Assembly (NCBI GenBank): GCA_051008975.1
Contig: JBPCXA010000144.1
Location: 1 to 46,325 of the forward strand
Direction of reading: 5' to 3'
Length of the DNA stretch: 46,325 nucleotides
Source: Gammaproteobacteria bacterium
GTDB taxonomy: Bacteria; Pseudomonadota; Gammaproteobacteria; Tethybacterales; Persebacteraceae
Shown: positions 19,161 to 27,027 of the stretch, piece by piece
Layout: the number at the start of each line of letters is the position of its first letter
How positions within the stretch are numbered: the first letter of the stretch is position 1
The notes under the pieces: model-generated
The model's database searches: none
Seen by the model: only the letters and a program-made list of their open reading frames with translations
What the model was told of the DNA's origin: nothing
Translations under genes and position numbers: made by a program

Positions 19161-19780
19161 CCACTGACCCGATAGAGCGCGCGTCGCGGGCGATGCGTGA
19201 GAGCGATTGGTGGTTTCTGCAGGATGACCAAATGTTATCGCAGACAGCCATCCGTGAGTATAAAGCCTGGCTCACCGAACAAGGCATCCCCATAGCCAAG
19301 CTCTTGAGCGAAGGAACCGACGTTGCGGACTTGCAGCGAAGAAAGGACGAAGCATACCACGAGCGCAATAAGGTTGTAGCTGTACTAGCTCGTTTGTTTC
19401 CTTCGGGAGTGGCCAAAACCAATATAGAGGATTGGAGCCCAGAATGGCATAGTTGTGTTTACATCGACTTACCAACCGGCCAAGTCTCTTGGCACTTCCA
19501 TGACAGCCAGACCTATTTGTTTGAAGGACTGCCAGCATATCAAGGTAAATGGGACGGGCATACAACCGAGGAGAAATATAACCGTTTATTCAAGCTCTTG
19601 AGCGGGGAGATGGTGGCAGTGACCAAGGATTTTCATGATCTATCAACACAAGTAGTCGCGGAGGCAAACGACACACCTTTGGTGCAACGTTGGTTGGCGG
19701 CACGGCATAAAGCCTTGTGGCAAGCCCGAGCCGACCAGGAGAGGAAGCGATGGAGTGGCAACCGATCGAGAGCGCGCTGA
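19157..19780 (+). CDS. Hypothetical protein with WDGH motif (207 aa)
   Basis: ...LPTGQVSWHFHD...YQGKWDGHTTEEK... pattern. GC content falls from here on, by eye. Confidence 0.6.
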   Translation: MTTDPIERASRAMRESDWWFLQDDQMLSQTAIREYKAWLTEQGIPIAKLLSEGTDVADLQRRKDEAYHERNKVVAVLARLFPSGVAKTNIEDWSPEWHSCVYIDLPTGQVSWHFHDSQTYLFEGLPAYQGKWDGHTTEEKYNRLFKLLSGEMVAVTKDFHDLSTQVVAEANDTPLVQRWLAARHKALWQARADQERKRWSGNRSRAR

Positions 19781-19953
19781 CAATAACTTTCCCGAAACGC
19801 TGCAGCGAGCCAAACTGCGAAACCGATCCGATCGTGCGCATTTCATCACGTCTTTGGTGTGCAAGACATGCAATCGGAGAAATCGAACGCGATGAACGAC
19901 CAGACTCAACTGCCGAGCGTAGGCGACGGCAAAAAACAACGGCGCCTCTTTAA
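19750..19953 (+). CDS. Hypothetical small protein (67 aa)
   Basis: GGAGAGGAAG RBS before ATG 19750. Codon bias decays in the 3' third, which overlaps the next ORF. Confidence 0.4.
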   Translation: MEWQPIESALTITFPKRCSEPNCETDPIVRISSRLWCARHAIGEIERDERPDSTAERRRRQKTTAPL

Positions 19954-20086
19954 ACAAGGAACCTGTAAAACCTGTAAGATTCCGCTGTACGGCTACAAAG
20001 AAGGCAGGCGCGATCAGTGTGGTCATGATGATTGTGAGGTCTACGATGCCGATCGGGAGTATGCACAGAACGCAAATCTTCGATGA
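19892..20086 (+). CDS. Small zinc-ribbon-like protein (64 aa)
   Basis: GGAGAA RBS. CKTCK...QCGHDDC motif. An alternative start exists at 19859. Confidence 0.45.
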   Translation: MNDQTQLPSVGDGKKQRRLFKQGTCKTCKIPLYGYKEGRRDQCGHDDCEVYDADREYAQNANLR

Positions 20087-20321
20087 AGTGAGCGAGCGAG
20101 GCGCAGCGAATTCTCCGCTAGGAATGGCATATTGGGCCGGCACCGGACCAACGGGCAAGGCGTGCAACGACTGCCGGCACTTCAGGCAAACATCATTGAG
20201 GAAAGGCAGGTGTCTAAAATTCCGGCCGATGACGAAGAGGCAGGCCCCGGTGTTCAACAGGTTTACTAAAGCTTGCAGGTATTTCGAGGATGCAACCATG
20301 AAAGGAAAGGCAAATGAGTAA
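20061..20321 (+). CDS. Small Cys-containing protein (86 aa)
   Basis: GGGAG RBS before ATG 20061. CNDCRHF...RC...AC motif. Confidence 0.5.
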   Translation: MHRTQIFDEVSERGAANSPLGMAYWAGTGPTGKACNDCRHFRQTSLRKGRCLKFRPMTKRQAPVFNRFTKACRYFEDATMKGKANE

Positions 20322-20523
20322 CGAAGACAACAGTTCCGGCGGCGGTGGCCCCCGCGAGCCGGCTTTTCATTGCACGCGCATTCATGTCATTCATCGGAAT
20401 GAGCAAGAGCGCCAGGATCGATGGAACATCGTCAACGGTTGGATGCAGGCCGGCGAAGTGCCAACAGACCCGCCTGATTGGGCCGAAATTCTGATCAATC
20501 ATGGCGGCGGCGGCGGACCATGA
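20314..20523 (+). CDS. Hypothetical protein with Gly-rich ends (69 aa)
   Basis: ATG overlaps the upstream gene by 8 nt. The stop overlaps the next ATG. Confidence 0.5.
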   Translation: MSNEDNSSGGGGPREPAFHCTRIHVIHRNEQERQDRWNIVNGWMQAGEVPTDPPDWAEILINHGGGGGP

Positions 20524-21101
20524 ATCTCGCACTTCTATACGACTTCGGGGGTAGCTTCTTCAACAACGGCTTCACGCTGTTGTTGATAGCTATCCTCGCA
20601 GTCTCTTCCCTTGCATTCAAGGCACGGCCTTCCCTTGCCGGTCTTGCCGCCATTCTACTTTACGTGGTATCGTTCCTTCTATCTAACATGTGGTTGTTGG
20701 CCGACGACCGCAATGCAGCGCTAAAACTCTATCAACTAGGCGCCTTCGTTGTGATCGTTCTCTATGTCGGGCTGTTGTGGTGTTTCATTAGGAAACCCCA
20801 ATTGTTAAAGCAAAACGATGTCATCGCACAGCTCTATTGGATCGTTCTTCTATTTGCCGAATTCGGCCAGGCGCTCGAATATATGGCCTGCCGAGTCTTG
20901 CATGACCCCTATACGGAAATCGAGCTGGCAAGATCGTGGGGAACAACCGTAAGCAAATATGCCTGCAGTCGTGCCTATGGTGAATTTGCTCCTTACGTGC
21001 TTCCGGCGATCACGACCCTATTTCTAGCGTGGCCGGCAGTGAGGGCGTATCAGGTATGGAAACAAACGACAGCATCTGGCGGGCGGTCTTCGGAACATTA
21101 G
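20520..21101 (+). CDS. Multi-pass inner-membrane protein (193 aa, about 5 hydrophobic segments)
   Basis: ATGA coupling. Successive 18-22-residue hydrophobic stretches (LLLIAILAVSSLAF, LAAILLYVVSFLLSNMWLL, LGAFVVIVLYVGLLWCF, LYWIVLLFAEF, VLPAITTLFLAWPA). Confidence 0.65.
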   Translation: MNLALLYDFGGSFFNNGFTLLLIAILAVSSLAFKARPSLAGLAAILLYVVSFLLSNMWLLADDRNAALKLYQLGAFVVIVLYVGLLWCFIRKPQLLKQNDVIAQLYWIVLLFAEFGQALEYMACRVLHDPYTEIELARSWGTTVSKYACSRAYGEFAPYVLPAITTLFLAWPAVRAYQVWKQTTASGGRSSEH

Positions 21102-21298
21102 GCGCCTTGGTCGGCATGTTGGCCATGTTGATGCGCACGATCATCATGAAACCGAATGGCAAATCACGCGAGCAGGAAATGTTGCGCCGCGATATCGATA
21201 ATATCCAATCGATCGTCTCAGAGATGCGTCGCGACATTGATCGGCTCTACACCCGACGCGAAATCGAGGAGCGGATTCAAAGAGAAAAACAGCAATGA
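21056..21298 (+). CDS. Membrane-anchored coiled-coil protein (80 aa)
   Basis: One TM (AVFGTLGALVGMLAMLM) followed by a charged helix. The stop overlaps the helicase ATG. Confidence 0.5.
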   Translation: METNDSIWRAVFGTLGALVGMLAMLMRTIIMKPNGKSREQEMLRRDIDNIQSIVSEMRRDIDRLYTRREIEERIQREKQQ

Positions 21299-22887
21299 AG
21301 GAATATCATGTCTATGGCCCGCCGGGCACCGGCAAGACTCGGCGCGCCGAACAGGATGTCGTCAGGGCGGCCGAGAAATTCGGCAAGGACCAGGTTTTGG
21401 TGACTGCATTTACGCGCGCCGCTGCCGCCGAGCTGATCGATCGCGATCTCGATATTCCGAAACGCAACGTCGGCACCTTGCATTCGATTTGTTACCGCGC
21501 GCTTGACCGGCCGATCCTGGCGGAAACCAAGACTGCCGAATTCAACGAGCTGCACCCTAACTTCGCGGTCGCCAGCGCCAAGGTCAATGTCGAGGAAGGC
21601 AAGATCGAGGCAGGTCAAACGAACGGCCAGAGCAATCTACTGCAGACCTATCAGCTGCATCGTGCCCGCATGACGCCGCGCGATGCCTGGCCGAGCGAGG
21701 CGGTCAGAAATTTCGCAAAACTGTGGGAAAGCTGGAAAAAGGATACCGGCTATTATGATTTCACCGACCTCATTCAAGCGGCACTTGACACGATGCCCTT
21801 CGCCCCGGGTCGGCCCAAGGTCGGCATTGTCGACGAGGCCCAGGATCTCACCGCGCTGGAATGTGCCCTTGTGCGGTCCTGGGGCATCGCCATGGAATAC
21901 CTCATCCTCATCGGCGACGACGACCAGTGCATCTTCGAATTTACAGGTGCTTCGGCCGCCAACATGGTCGGAGCGGCTTTGCCGCGAGAGCACAAACGGT
22001 TCCTGACCAAATCCCACAGGTTGCCGCGGAGGATATGGGAGTATGCGCGGGCGATCAGCGCCAGGATCGAACAGCGCCAGGAAAAGGAGTTCGAGCACAA
22101 TGGCACGGAAGGATCAGTCCATACCGCTTCATGCGGCGATTGGCGCCGGCCTGAAGCCATTGCCGACGACATGGAAGCTCGACTGGAGATTGGTGAACGG
22201 ATCATGGTGCTGGGTTCATGTGGTTACATGTTGGTGCCCCTTATCCGGGAGCTTCGTCGAAGAGGTCTTCCCTTCCACAATCCGTACCGGGTGACCCGCG
22301 GGGACTGGAACCCGATCAATCGCGCTGCCGGTTCGACCATGAACCGGATCGCCGCGTTTCTCAACGGCGCCGAGAACGTGGTGCCGAGCTGGAGCGTCGG
22401 CCAAATGGTCATGTGGACCGATCTGGTCAAGGCCAAGCATCTCCTGAAGCACGGGGGCAAGAAACGATTGGAAAAAATGAACGACGAATCGCCGGCGAGA
22501 CTGCTTGGCTATCATGACTGGCTGGAGCTGTTCGAAGAGGACCCATGGGGCTGGGATCCCTGCACATTGGACTGGCTCAAGGAGAATGCCTTGCCGAGCA
22601 AGCTGAAACAGATGGAATACCCGATGACCGTGGTCGAGAAGCATGGCCTGCAGACCCTGCTCGACCGGCCGAGGATCGTGGTTGGCACGATACACAGCGT
22701 TAAGGGCGGCGAGGCCGATACGGTCTACGTTTTCCCGGATCTTTCGACCCAGGGCAGCCTGCGTGCGCTCGATGCCGAGAGCGATCACACCATGCGGCTG
22801 TTCTATGTCGCCGCCAGCCGGGCTCGGCATAACCTGGTACTGTGCAGGCCGGCCGGGCCTTACTTCGCGAGGTTGCCTGATGCGTAA
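21295..22887 (+). CDS. UvrD/Rep-like superfamily-1 DNA helicase
   Basis: GPPGTGKT (Walker A), GIVDEAQDL, LIGDDDQCIFEFTGAS, SHRLP, TIHSVKGGEADTVYVF, YVAASRARHNLVL. Confidence 0.85.
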   Translation: MKEYHVYGPPGTGKTRRAEQDVVRAAEKFGKDQVLVTAFTRAAAAELIDRDLDIPKRNVGTLHSICYRALDRPILAETKTAEFNELHPNFAVASAKVNVEEGKIEAGQTNGQSNLLQTYQLHRARMTPRDAWPSEAVRNFAKLWESWKKDTGYYDFTDLIQAALDTMPFAPGRPKVGIVDEAQDLTALECALVRSWGIAMEYLILIGDDDQCIFEFTGASAANMVGAALPREHKRFLTKSHRLPRRIWEYARAISARIEQRQEKEFEHNGTEGSVHTASCGDWRRPEAIADDMEARLEIGERIMVLGSCGYMLVPLIRELRRRGLPFHNPYRVTRGDWNPINRAAGSTMNRIAAFLNGAENVVPSWSVGQMVMWTDLVKAKHLLKHGGKKRLEKMNDESPARLLGYHDWLELFEEDPWGWDPCTLDWLKENALPSKLKQMEYPMTVVEKHGLQTLLDRPRIVVGTIHSVKGGEADTVYVFPDLSTQGSLRALDAESDHTMRLFYVAASRARHNLVLCRPAGPYFARLPDA

Positions 22888-23455
22888 ACCAGTCGACGCG
22901 AGACCCAACTTCGGCCAGATCACCGGATCGAATCCGCGCGCGATCATACAATCGAGCAATCAGGTCGTGGCCAACATCACCAGACTGCTGCGCCGATACG
23001 GACGGCATATCAATCGCAACCCGGCGGGCCAGACGTTGGTCCTGGTGCATCGCAACGGAGCCAATCAGGCATCGATTGCGGGGACACCGACCCTGGTGAA
23101 TTACACAACGGCGGCGATCGACAACAACAACAGCTGGTTCGATCTGACGAGCGAGCGTTTCATCCCCAAGGTCGAAGGCTGGTACCTGCTGGCGGCGGCG
23201 GCCAAGTTCCAAACCCCGGGAGACGGTATAGTGATTCAGCAGCGACTGACCAAGAACGGCTCTACGGTGGTCGCTATTGCAGACGCAGTCCCCGGAGCCG
23301 GCGGTGTCAGTGTGTCGTGTCCGGCATGCCTGGTGATGGTCGAATTCAACGGCTCGACCGACTATGTCGAGCATTATGTCTTACAGAGCGGCGGCGGCGG
23401 TACACTACAAGGCGCCAGCGAATCGACCAGATTCATGGCTTGGCGGCTGCTCTAA
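22880..23455 (+). CDS. Beta-rich protein (191 aa), possibly a jelly-roll / C1q-like fold
   Basis: GAGG RBS. ATG overlaps the helicase end. F.PKVEGWYLLAAAAKF...NGS...VEFNGSTDYVEHYV pattern. The fold guess is tentative. Confidence 0.45.
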   Translation: MRKPVDARPNFGQITGSNPRAIIQSSNQVVANITRLLRRYGRHINRNPAGQTLVLVHRNGANQASIAGTPTLVNYTTAAIDNNNSWFDLTSERFIPKVEGWYLLAAAAKFQTPGDGIVIQQRLTKNGSTVVAIADAVPGAGGVSVSCPACLVMVEFNGSTDYVEHYVLQSGGGGTLQGASESTRFMAWRLL

Positions 23456-23712
23456 TGTAATACAATACGGCCCGCCCTGACCGCCGCGGTGATATAGTCG
23501 CCGGCTTGGACCAACTGAAAATCGAAATCAACCTCCTGATTCCATTGAATCGCCGATCCGCGTGCTAGATAAGCGGTATATTCGGCGGCCGACATGCTAT
23601 GGCGGCGCTGCGAGATATAACCGAGAATCTCGGCGTCGATCTGGCCATGGGAGGTCCAGGGCGCCAGCTCGTCGCCATTCCCGAAATGCGTTTGGAGCTT
23701 GACATCGGCCAT
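23452..23712 (-). CDS. Hypothetical protein (86 aa), solitary reverse-strand gene, probably leaderless
   Basis: About 80 percent G/C at third codon positions on the minus strand. Stop overlaps the stop of the convergent + gene. ATG lies inside the promoter-like inverted repeat at 23699..23747. Confidence 0.6.
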   Translation of the reverse strand: MADVKLQTHFGNGDELAPWTSHGQIDAEILGYISQRRHSMSAAEYTAYLARGSAIQWNQEVDFDFQLVQAGDYITAAVRAGRIVLH

Positions 23713-23728
23713 AAGTTATGTTTATGCT
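23699..23728 (+). promoter_or_regulatory. Sigma-70-like rightward promoter of the small-ORF operon
   Basis: TTGACA-N18-TATGCT, the same architecture as the promoter at 13024. Confidence 0.6.
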
Positions 23729-23747
23729 TAAACCAGTCGGATGTCAA
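23719..23747 (-). promoter_or_regulatory. Possible leftward promoter for the 86-aa reverse gene (would give a leaderless mRNA)
   Basis: On the minus strand: TTGACA-N17-TAAACA, then 6 nt, then the ATG. The -10 is poor (no terminal T). Confidence 0.3.
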
Positions 23748-23758
23748 GGGCAAGCTAT

Positions 23759-24181
23759 ATGAAACGCTGCATCTTCTGCGACGCTGAAATGAAGCCCACT
23801 TGGCGAATCTGCCAATCGTGCTTCAAGGTACAGCCGCGGCACTGCCGCGAATGCGGCACCGAAATTCATGAAACGCGGAGCTTGCAAGCGGAGACCTGCG
23901 GGCGAAATTGCATGCAACTGATACAGAACCGGCGCCGGCAGCGCGGCGCGGTTCTCTACGACATGTTCATGACCATGCGTTTTGAACGCGACAAAGCGGC
24001 ACAAGAGCAATTATGGTCGATCATGTGTCGCCAAGCCGCGCACTGGCGCGAGCAAGACGAAAAAGAGATTCACAAGGCACGATCATGGGGCGATCCGATG
24101 CCCTATGTCCAGCAGAACCCGTGGCTGAGACAGAGCACGACCAGTCACAGGATTAAGATAGGCGCATCGGCGCTGCGGTAA
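23759..24181 (+). CDS. Multi-CxxC zinc-finger protein (140 aa)
   Basis: CIFC...CQSC...CREC...CGRNC motifs. ATG 23759 is about 24 nt downstream of the predicted transcription start. An alternative ATG is at 23741. Confidence 0.6.
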   Translation: MKRCIFCDAEMKPTWRICQSCFKVQPRHCRECGTEIHETRSLQAETCGRNCMQLIQNRRRQRGAVLYDMFMTMRFERDKAAQEQLWSIMCRQAAHWREQDEKEIHKARSWGDPMPYVQQNPWLRQSTTSHRIKIGASALR

Positions 24182-24253
24182 GGAATTGCAACACCCTCCC
24201 CTTCCCCTGGCTGCTCGGCAGAGTGTGGTGGGTGGTGCCGTGATGGAGGAAAT

Positions 24254-24610
24254 ATGATGCAAAAGTATGGGCACAGGGCCAACGATGCTGCCCGGCAAAA
24301 CGACCCGAACAACAATTTTTTGTGTCAGGTCTGCGGCGAAAATGCGGGCTTCAACTGGAGTGATCTACACGGTGAGGGCATGTGTAATCGCTGCGGCATA
24401 CCATATAATTTAAAAGAAAAACCATTCAAAATCAATATTAATGACGAATGGGTACCTGTTTTCAAAAAATATTGGAAAGAGACCCAAGATTACATCGGTG
24501 CTGGTCAAATTTTGATTGAGCGAGATTACCCGGAATGCGTCAAAGGGATGCAACGATTTTATGCATGGCTTGGTGAACATCCTGAACACAAGCCAGAAGA
24601 ACAACCATGA
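24254..24610 (+). CDS. Zinc-ribbon protein (118 aa)
   Basis: GGAGGA RBS (the second ATG at 24257 is better spaced). CQVCG...CNRCG motif. Confidence 0.65.
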   Translation: MMQKYGHRANDAARQNDPNNNFLCQVCGENAGFNWSDLHGEGMCNRCGIPYNLKEKPFKININDEWVPVFKKYWKETQDYIGAGQILIERDYPECVKGMQRFYAWLGEHPEHKPEEQP

Positions 24611-24656
24611 CCCCCGACCAGGAACATTCTCGCTGGGCCGATAGAACGGAGATGAG

Positions 24657-25088
24657 ATGAGCGAAGTGAGCCCAAAAATGTTACAGGCATGTGCAAGGGC
24701 ATGGCGAAAGCGCGTCGAAACCGCAGAAGCCGAGGCCGCCAAGCTCCGGGCAGCGCTAGAAGCAGTGAATGCTGCAACCTACTCCCATGTTGACGGGCGC
24801 GACTTACTGGCCGAACTGCATCCGCGCAAGCAGATCGATATCGTGCGACGGCTAGACGCTAAAGAAACATGGTTCGAGGGTGATTGGCTTTCACGCCTGT
24901 ATGAGGCCATGAAGGTTGCCCGCCAAGCCCTCTCCGGCTCACCCGACCCCGTAGCTGAAGCAGAGCGGGCGGTGGTCGAAGCGGTGGATGCTGATTGGCA
25001 CCGGCCAACGGCGATAAGACTACAAGCCCTGCTGAAAATCTACGGCAACCTCGCCAAGCTCCAGGGCAAGGGGGAGAGTGATGACTAG
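24657..25088 (+). CDS. Hypothetical helical protein (143 aa)
   Basis: GGAGATGAG upstream of the ATG. Uninterrupted ORF. Confidence 0.6.
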   Translation: MSEVSPKMLQACARAWRKRVETAEAEAAKLRAALEAVNAATYSHVDGRDLLAELHPRKQIDIVRRLDAKETWFEGDWLSRLYEAMKVARQALSGSPDPVAEAERAVVEAVDADWHRPTAIRLQALLKIYGNLAKLQGKGESDD

Positions 25089-25278
25089 CCCAACTACGCC
25101 CGATGACATACGGGCTGCTGGATGGATGGTCGCGATCCACAACGACTATCATCAAGACGGCCAACTACGGACTTTTTGGCTTTTCACAAAAGCTGCATGG
25201 GCTGTGAAAGGCGAAGGACAGACCGATCGCGAGGCGCTTGATGTGGTTCGTAGCCAACTTGGGTTGCCTTCGCCATGA
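25081..25278 (+). CDS. Hypothetical small protein (65 aa)
   Basis: ATG 25081 (ORF-track GTG at 25078). Overlaps the upstream stop by 8 nt. GWMVAIHNDY...TFWLF...KGEGQTD pattern. Confidence 0.55.
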   Translation: MTSPTTPDDIRAAGWMVAIHNDYHQDGQLRTFWLFTKAAWAVKGEGQTDREALDVVRSQLGLPSP

Positions 25279-25703
25279 CCACAGCCCAACTCCGGGAGCT
25301 GATCGCCGAGATCGAGGCGCTGGGCGACAAGCCGCACACGCGGGAGCTGTCGGATCGGGTGTTGCTGGCTATTGGGTGGCAGAAGTCAACGAGCTTACGC
25401 GGGGCTGAAACTGCTCCGGCTGTCTTTTGGCGCAGCCCAGATGGCTCAACAGCGGGTTGGTCAATTAAATGCCCCGACCCCCTCGCCAACCTCCAGGACG
25501 CCACACTGACGGTGCCGGAGGGAACCACCGATATTTTGTTGAAATCGCAACTTATCCCTGCCCAACGTCATGATGTTGTTCTCTGGTCGCCTGTTGAAGG
25601 TGGCCATGCGATGTACATGGCCACAGCTTCAAACCCCGCCCGCGCCCTCAGCCTCACAAGCCTGAAAGCGGCGCTGGCAAAGCGGGAGGCGGAGGATGGC
25701 TGA
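25275..25703 (+). CDS. Hypothetical protein (142 aa) ending EAEDG
   Basis: ATGA coupling. Its 3' end is part of a repeated junction sequence. Confidence 0.6.
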   Translation: MTTAQLRELIAEIEALGDKPHTRELSDRVLLAIGWQKSTSLRGAETAPAVFWRSPDGSTAGWSIKCPDPLANLQDATLTVPEGTTDILLKSQLIPAQRHDVVLWSPVEGGHAMYMATASNPARALSLTSLKAALAKREAEDG

Positions 25704-25914
25704 GAATTTAGCGAGATGTGCCTGCGCTATTCTTCGGACAACCCGACCACTTAGCACCGACTTCCGCGAGCAGGTTGCTCAAATGGTCGAAGCCCTAGAC
25801 CAATGCATCTCTGAGCTTTCCATGGTTGAGCAGGTACACGAAGACAACGAGCAACCCTTCTATTCAAAAGGGCTCGAATTGGGGCGAAAAGCACTGGAGG
25901 CGGAGGATGGGTAA
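25696..25914 (+). CDS. Hypothetical protein (72 aa) ending EAEDG
   Basis: The start lies in the repeat GGAGGCGGAGGATGG, and the 3' end carries the second copy. Confidence 0.55.
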   Translation: MAENLARCACAILRTTRPLSTDFREQVAQMVEALDQCISELSMVEQVHEDNEQPFYSKGLELGRKALEAEDG

Positions 25915-26077
25915 TTTCAACGCAATCGTTGTATGCGACTGCGGCCACCAAGAGTTTCAGGTCGGGGTGAAAGTTGAAGGCTTCGAGAATCGTATCAAGA
26001 TGTTGGCTTGCGCTAAATGCGGCAAGGAGATGGAGGTACCATTCCAACAAGGCTCAGAAGAGACCGCCCATGAGTAG
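25907..26077 (+). CDS. Small zinc-ribbon protein (56 aa)
   Basis: ATG inside the second GGAGGCGGAGGATGG copy. CDCGH...CAKCG motif. Confidence 0.5.
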   Translation: MGNFNAIVVCDCGHQEFQVGVKVEGFENRIKMLACAKCGKEMEVPFQQGSEETAHE

Positions 26078-26330
26078 CCCAACGGCGGAAGAGCTTTCGG
26101 TCGAGCAGATGGTTCGGAACATCCTCGAAGCGCAGGGCATAGAGCAAGCTCAATCCCTTGCGTCTGGGGACATCGTCGAGGCGAGCAATTTGCTGAGTGA
26201 GTATCTGGCAGGAGTCGGAGTTGAGGCCCGCAAGGAAGAGCGAAGGGCTATCGCCAAAGAAGCAAGACGCTGGGGATTTAACTACTTCGCCCGGCACATC
26301 CGCGCCCGAGGCAATGAGGGAGAGGGTTGA
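26070..26330 (+). CDS. Hypothetical protein (86 aa)
   Basis: ATG overlaps the upstream gene by 8 nt. In frame with the ORF-track 25974..26330 tail. Confidence 0.55.
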   Translation: MSSPTAEELSVEQMVRNILEAQGIEQAQSLASGDIVEASNLLSEYLAGVGVEARKEERRAIAKEARRWGFNYFARHIRARGNEGEG

Positions 26331-26509
26331 TGGCTGAAAAGACATGCACGAACAAGACATGCACCAAAGCGCCGACCACAATACTCTTTTGGCCTGGCGC
26401 GGTACCACCGCCAGAATACTGCGATGATTGTGCAAAACACATGATGAAGGTCGCAGATACGATGGGCTGTCCGGTGCACCAACAGCCGCTGGAGGCCAAG
26501 GGAGGCTAA
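26330..26509 (+). CDS. Small Cys-containing protein (59 aa)
   Basis: TGATG coupling (ORF-track TTG start at 26327). CTNKTC...CDDC...C motif. Confidence 0.5.
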   Translation: MAEKTCTNKTCTKAPTTILFWPGAVPPPEYCDDCAKHMMKVADTMGCPVHQQPLEAKGG

Positions 26510-26570
26510 CCATGGTCATGGACGGGAAGGACCGGCTTACGAAACCAAAACAAATGATGGAGGAAAGACG

Positions 26571-27014
26571 ATGACCTATCTTCGCCTGACACTGATTCTG
26601 CTGCTGACGATGTCGCTCACACCGGTCGCATGGGCCGCATGCGAAATCGTGCCTGCCGGCCTCTATCAACTCTACGTTCAGGACGGCTTTACCAGGTGCA
26701 CAGTCGAGGTCCGGGTCGACGGGACAATTCGCAAGCAGCGAAGCTTTGACGTACCTTGCCGTGGCTCACAGGTCAACGGTCCGATAACCGGCGGCAGGCT
26801 GACCCTGTTCGAACCGCGCGGCAACCCGGCGGGCTTGGGTCGCTGCCTGATGGACGGCGTGATCAAGGTAAACCAGAGCGGCCGCATCGTGCGCATTCAC
26901 ATTTTTCAAGCCAATGCGACCAGCGTCGAGCGCGACAGTCTGGGCCTGCTTCGGGTCAACGGCTGGACCGGCTGGCTGAACAGCGGCCGGCTGTTCACTA
27001 TGATGCGGTTCTAG
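26571..27014 (+). CDS. Secreted protein with cleavable signal peptide (147 aa, 4 Cys)
   Basis: GGAGGAAAG RBS. The N-terminus MTYLRLTLILLLTMSLTPVAWA/A fits a Sec signal peptide with an AxA cleavage site. Confidence 0.7.
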   Translation: MTYLRLTLILLLTMSLTPVAWAACEIVPAGLYQLYVQDGFTRCTVEVRVDGTIRKQRSFDVPCRGSQVNGPITGGRLTLFEPRGNPAGLGRCLMDGVIKVNQSGRIVRIHIFQANATSVERDSLGLLRVNGWTGWLNSGRLFTMMRF

Positions 27015-27027
27015 CGTTCAAGACGAC

